DNA of 64,000 nt from an uncultured Rickettsiales bacterium (GTDB lineage Bacteria; Pseudomonadota; Alphaproteobacteria; Rickettsiales; SXRF01). The stretch covers positions 1,450 to 65,449 of the forward strand of contig CAZFKP010000015.1 in NCBI GenBank assembly GCA_964518725.1, written 5' to 3'. Below are positions 58,374 to 64,000 of this stretch, in pieces. The position numbers and the translations under genes are program-made. The notes beneath the pieces were generated by a model. That model did not search any database and was not told the origin of the DNA. It saw only the letters and a program-made list of their open reading frames with translations. The stretch's first letter is position 1, and every line of letters begins with the position of its first letter.

Positions 58374-58847
58374 ATGCAACACAAGCCAACGATTATTCTG
58401 CTATCGTTGCTCTATTTAGTAATGGAGATGGAAGTGGCATGGTCGCAGACCACACGCTCGCCCCAGCCGATTGAAAATTTTACCCGCAGTATTTCAGAAT
58501 ATTACCAGGCGCTCAGAAAATGCCAGAACGCCAGCGATAACCCTGCCAATATCGAAGCCGACATTAAGCGCATTCAGGAATATATGGCGAAGCTTTACCG
58601 TGAAGGCATACCTTATTGGGCACTGCCCGAACCAAATAAATTAAGTGATGATGAAAATGCCTGCAATTACTTGTTGTACCAAAGCGTCATACGCTACCAG
58701 CAGGCACGCAATGAATACGCACGGCAATATCCACGGGCAGTAATGCCGCCGAACTTTACCATCAAGCCACCCAGAAATTACCAGCCATCCAAAGAGCGTA
58801 TCTACAATGCCGATGATACTGTCCGGGATGTCGAATTTTCATGGTGA
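58374..58847 (+). CDS. Hypothetical secreted protein
   Basis: N-terminal hydrophobic signal-like segment; no recognised family. Confidence 0.5.
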   Translation: MQHKPTIILLSLLYLVMEMEVAWSQTTRSPQPIENFTRSISEYYQALRKCQNASDNPANIEADIKRIQEYMAKLYREGIPYWALPEPNKLSDDENACNYLLYQSVIRYQQARNEYARQYPRAVMPPNFTIKPPRNYQPSKERIYNADDTVRDVEFSW

Positions 58848-58888
58848 TTTTATCTTGATCCCTTCATGGTAGCGATTACCATGAAGAA

Positions 58889-59542
58889 ATGTCATGGCTG
58901 GAACCTGTCGACCAATATTGTGAACGGCTGGATGCATCGTGGTTCTCCGAACCGCTGAACGCAGCAAGCAATCTGGCATTCTTGATTGCCGCATGGCTGC
59001 TTTATCGTCTGTACCATACGGCTCCGAAGCCTAATCCGGCATTTCCGCTAGTGATTCTAATTGCCGTAGTCGGCGTTGGAAGCACGCTGTTCCATGTATT
59101 CGCCAATAAGCTGACGATGCTTGCCGACGTCCTACCCATCGCGATGTTCGTATTTATGTATCTCTGGCTGGTGCTGCGTTACCTGGCAGGATGCAGTAGA
59201 TTGCAATCCGCCATGTGCCTTGCCGGCTTTGTCATACTGGCGATCGCCGCTGAAAACATCCCCACCCCTTACCGTCTGAACGGCTCAGTATCCTACGCGC
59301 CATGCTTACTGTCTTTGCTATTGCTGGCGGCTTACCTGCGCCACCGTAACCGCAATGCCTCCCGTCTGTTGCTGGTGGCGGCAATGATTTTCGCCATATC
59401 TCTGACTTTCCGCAGCATCGATATGGTGCTCTGCGATGCCGTGCCATCCGGAACCCACATTTTATGGCATCTACTGAACGGAATCGTACTTTATTTGCTC
59501 GGCAAAGCCGCGATGTTCCACGCCCGCAAACCATCGAAATAG
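58889..59542 (+). CDS. Ceramidase-family (CREST superfamily-like) membrane protein
   Basis: YCERLDASWFSEPLNAASNLAFLIAAWLLYR; GVGSTLFHVFA; HILWHLLNGIVLYLL: conserved E, S-x3-H, H-x3-H pattern. Confidence 0.8.
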   Translation: MSWLEPVDQYCERLDASWFSEPLNAASNLAFLIAAWLLYRLYHTAPKPNPAFPLVILIAVVGVGSTLFHVFANKLTMLADVLPIAMFVFMYLWLVLRYLAGCSRLQSAMCLAGFVILAIAAENIPTPYRLNGSVSYAPCLLSLLLLAAYLRHRNRNASRLLLVAAMIFAISLTFRSIDMVLCDAVPSGTHILWHLLNGIVLYLLGKAAMFHARKPSK

Positions 59543-59602
59543 CCATTGCATGGCGTGGTAAAACGTGTAAATCTTTGGCAAATCATTTTCATGGGGGATG
59601 CA

Positions 59603-60637
59603 ATGGATAAGAATAAAGCACTTGAAACCGCACTCAGCCAAATCGAAAAAGCCTTCGGTAAAGGCTCGATCATGAAGCTCGGTGACACCGCGAACGCCGA
59701 AGCCATGGAAGCCATCTCCACCGGCTCGCTGGGGCTGGATATTGCGCTCGGCATCGGTGGGTTGCCGAAAGGCCGCGTCGTGGAAATTTACGGCCCGGAA
59801 TCGTCGGGTAAAACCACCCTCACCCTGCATGTCATCGCCGAATGCCAGAAAAAAGGTGGCACCTGCGCCTTCATCGACGCCGAACACGCGCTCGACCCGG
59901 TCTATGCCAAAAAACTCGGTGTGAATATCGACAACCTCCTCATTTCACAACCCGATACCGGCGAGCAGGCGCTCGAAATCACCGATACACTGGTTCGCTC
60001 AGGCGCTATCGACCTGATCGTGGTCGATTCCGTGGCCGCGCTCGTGCCGAAAGCCGAGATTGACGGCGAGATGGGCGATTCCCACATGGGCCTGCAAGCG
60101 CGCCTCATGTCGCAGGCACTCCGCAAGCTCACCGGCAGCATTTCGCGCACCAACTGCACCATCATTTTCATCAACCAGATCCGCATGAAAATCGGTGTGA
60201 TGTTCGGCAACCCGGAGACCACCACCGGCGGCAATGCACTGAAATTCTATGCTTCCGTGCGCCTCGACATCCGCCGCACCGGCAGCATCAAGGATAAGGA
60301 AGAAGTCGTCGGCAACACCACCAAAGTGAAAGTCGTGAAAAACAAAGTGGCGCCCCCCTTCCGCCAGGTGGAATTCGATATCATGTATGGCGAAGGCATT
60401 TCCAAGGTCGGCGAACTCATCGACCTCGGCGTGAAAGCCAATATCGTCGAAAAATCCGGCAGCTGGTTCTCTTACGGCAGCGACCGCATCGGCCAGGGCA
60501 AGGAAAACGCCAAGCAATATTTGAAAGACAACCCAACGGTGGCCGCTGACCTTGAGAAAAAGATCCGCGACAATGCCGGCGCCATCAGCAATGCGCTGAA
60601 AGGCGAGGAAAAAGAAGTGGCGGAGGATGCGGCGTAA
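59603..60637 (+). CDS. recA: Recombinase RecA
   Basis: [23 protein letters not shown]; [21 protein letters not shown]; [59 protein letters not shown]. Confidence 0.98.
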   Translation: MDKNKALETALSQIEKAFGKGSIMKLGDTANAEAMEAISTGSLGLDIALGIGGLPKGRVVEIYGPESSGKTTLTLHVIAECQKKGGTCAFIDAEHALDPVYAKKLGVNIDNLLISQPDTGEQALEITDTLVRSGAIDLIVVDSVAALVPKAEIDGEMGDSHMGLQARLMSQALRKLTGSISRTNCTIIFINQIRMKIGVMFGNPETTTGGNALKFYASVRLDIRRTGSIKDKEEVVGNTTKVKVVKNKVAPPFRQVEFDIMYGEGISKVGELIDLGVKANIVEKSGSWFSYGSDRIGQGKENAKQYLKDNPTVAADLEKKIRDNAGAISNALKGEEKEVAEDAA

Positions 60638-60728
60638 ATATAGTCATTGGTCGTTAGTCGTTGGTCTTTGGTGATTTTTTACCAATAACTACCGACTGCC
60701 GACCAAAGACTAAAGACCAGAGACTAGT

Positions 60729-61025
60729 ATGCAATTCCTCCTCACCGCCTACGATGCCACCGATCCCGATGCCCTAAACCGCCGGATGGCGAATCGTGAA
60801 GCGCATCTGGCTACCATCGAGCGTTACCGCGCCTCCGGCAATATGCATATGGGCGCGGCAATTTGTGATGAGGCGGGAAAAATGATCGGCTCCTGCATCG
60901 TCTGTGAATTTCCAAGCCGTGCAGAACTGGACGCATGGCTGGCCGCCGAACCTTATGTGGCGGGAAAAGTGTGGGATAAAGTCACCATCACCGAATGTAA
61001 AATCGGGCCAAGCTTTTTGAAATAG
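60729..61025 (+). CDS. YciI-family protein
   Basis: MQFLLTAYDATDPDALNRRMANREAHLATIERYRASGNMHMGAAICDEAGKMIGSCIVCEFPSRAELDAWLAAEPYV. Confidence 0.8.
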   Translation: MQFLLTAYDATDPDALNRRMANREAHLATIERYRASGNMHMGAAICDEAGKMIGSCIVCEFPSRAELDAWLAAEPYVAGKVWDKVTITECKIGPSFLK

Positions 61026-61035
61026 TGCGAGCAGC

Positions 61036-61557
61036 TTAGTGAATCGCGACGGACGGCTGCTTCATCAGGTCGCTGTGGGTTTTGACCACGTCTTGCCATT
61101 TTTTATTATCGGCACGTTGATTATGTTCATACTCCGCCGCGCAGCTTTTGGGCGTCGTCAGCTCACGTTGTTCGCCCATGCACTGGGCATTCTTGCGCGC
61201 CAAACGTTCGTCCTGCAGGCATTTAACTTCCGTGAATTCTTCTTGCGCCATGTAGGTACTAACAGCGCCGATGATCGTAACGGCAATCATAACGCTCGCT
61301 GTAACCACAGCAGGCGAAACAGCCATTCCCGCACTGGTTAAAGCACTACTTAAGGTTGCGGTACCCGGTGCAGCCTCAGCAATTCCGCTGATGGCCATGT
61401 TGATCAGCCCACCAAGAACGCTGAAGAATGCCGCGCCGCCTACGGCGCTATAAAGCGCTCCCAGAAAGGAATGCCGCGTCGTATCCTTGCGGTAGCGGCG
61501 CTCATATTCTTCATCGGAAATCATTTGCTCGTTAATCATTTGCTCGTTCACGGGCAT
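61036..61557 (-). CDS. Hypothetical membrane protein
   Basis: Two hydrophobic segments, no recognised family. Confidence 0.5.
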   Translation of the reverse strand: MPVNEQMINEQMISDEEYERRYRKDTTRHSFLGALYSAVGGAAFFSVLGGLINMAISGIAEAAPGTATLSSALTSAGMAVSPAVVTASVMIAVTIIGAVSTYMAQEEFTEVKCLQDERLARKNAQCMGEQRELTTPKSCAAEYEHNQRADNKKWQDVVKTHSDLMKQPSVAIH

Positions 61558-61651
61558 CCCTCATATTTCCTTGATTATACATAAAGATATGGCATATAGA
61601 GTGTGACAATTTGATGAAAAACAAATTACACATACAATTCATACTGTTATA

Positions 61652-64000
<2,349 letters not shown>

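Overview
This 64 kb window is from a GC-rich alphaproteobacterial chromosome, mostly conserved core genes. Main blocks: nadA-gpsA, an orphan virB9-virB8 pair, ccmD-I cytochrome c maturation genes, hfq, argG, metC, ileS, tolC, a PopZ-family gene, ilvD, and four flagellar blocks (flgF/G/A/H; fliL/M-motE; fliO/P-csrA; flgBC-fliEQR-flhB). Also present are gapR, a cckA-like sensor kinase, recA and the 5' part of alaS. Three tRNAs were found (Pro-GGG, Arg-TCT, Val-GAC). No CRISPR array and no complete recognisable defence operon was seen. The strongest unusual signals are: (1) a dispersed ~95 bp palindromic repeat, one copy intergenic, one read in frame inside alaS, and one forming the N-terminal signal peptide of CcmH; (2) a CckA-like kinase split into two ORFs exactly at an A9G tract containing A_AAA_AAG, where a -1 shift joins them, plus a second ORF interrupted at an A9 tract; (3) an AT-rich gene downstream of tRNA-Pro(GGG) with a possible HEPN RHxxxH motif, bordered by tRNA-like and inverted/direct repeat debris; (4) a prepilin-like gene with no ATG wedged between fliL and fliM; (5) a decayed SDR dehydrogenase missed by ORF calling; (6) two tiny Flp-like pilin genes absent from the ORF track. 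Family names come from reading sequence motifs; no database search was run.
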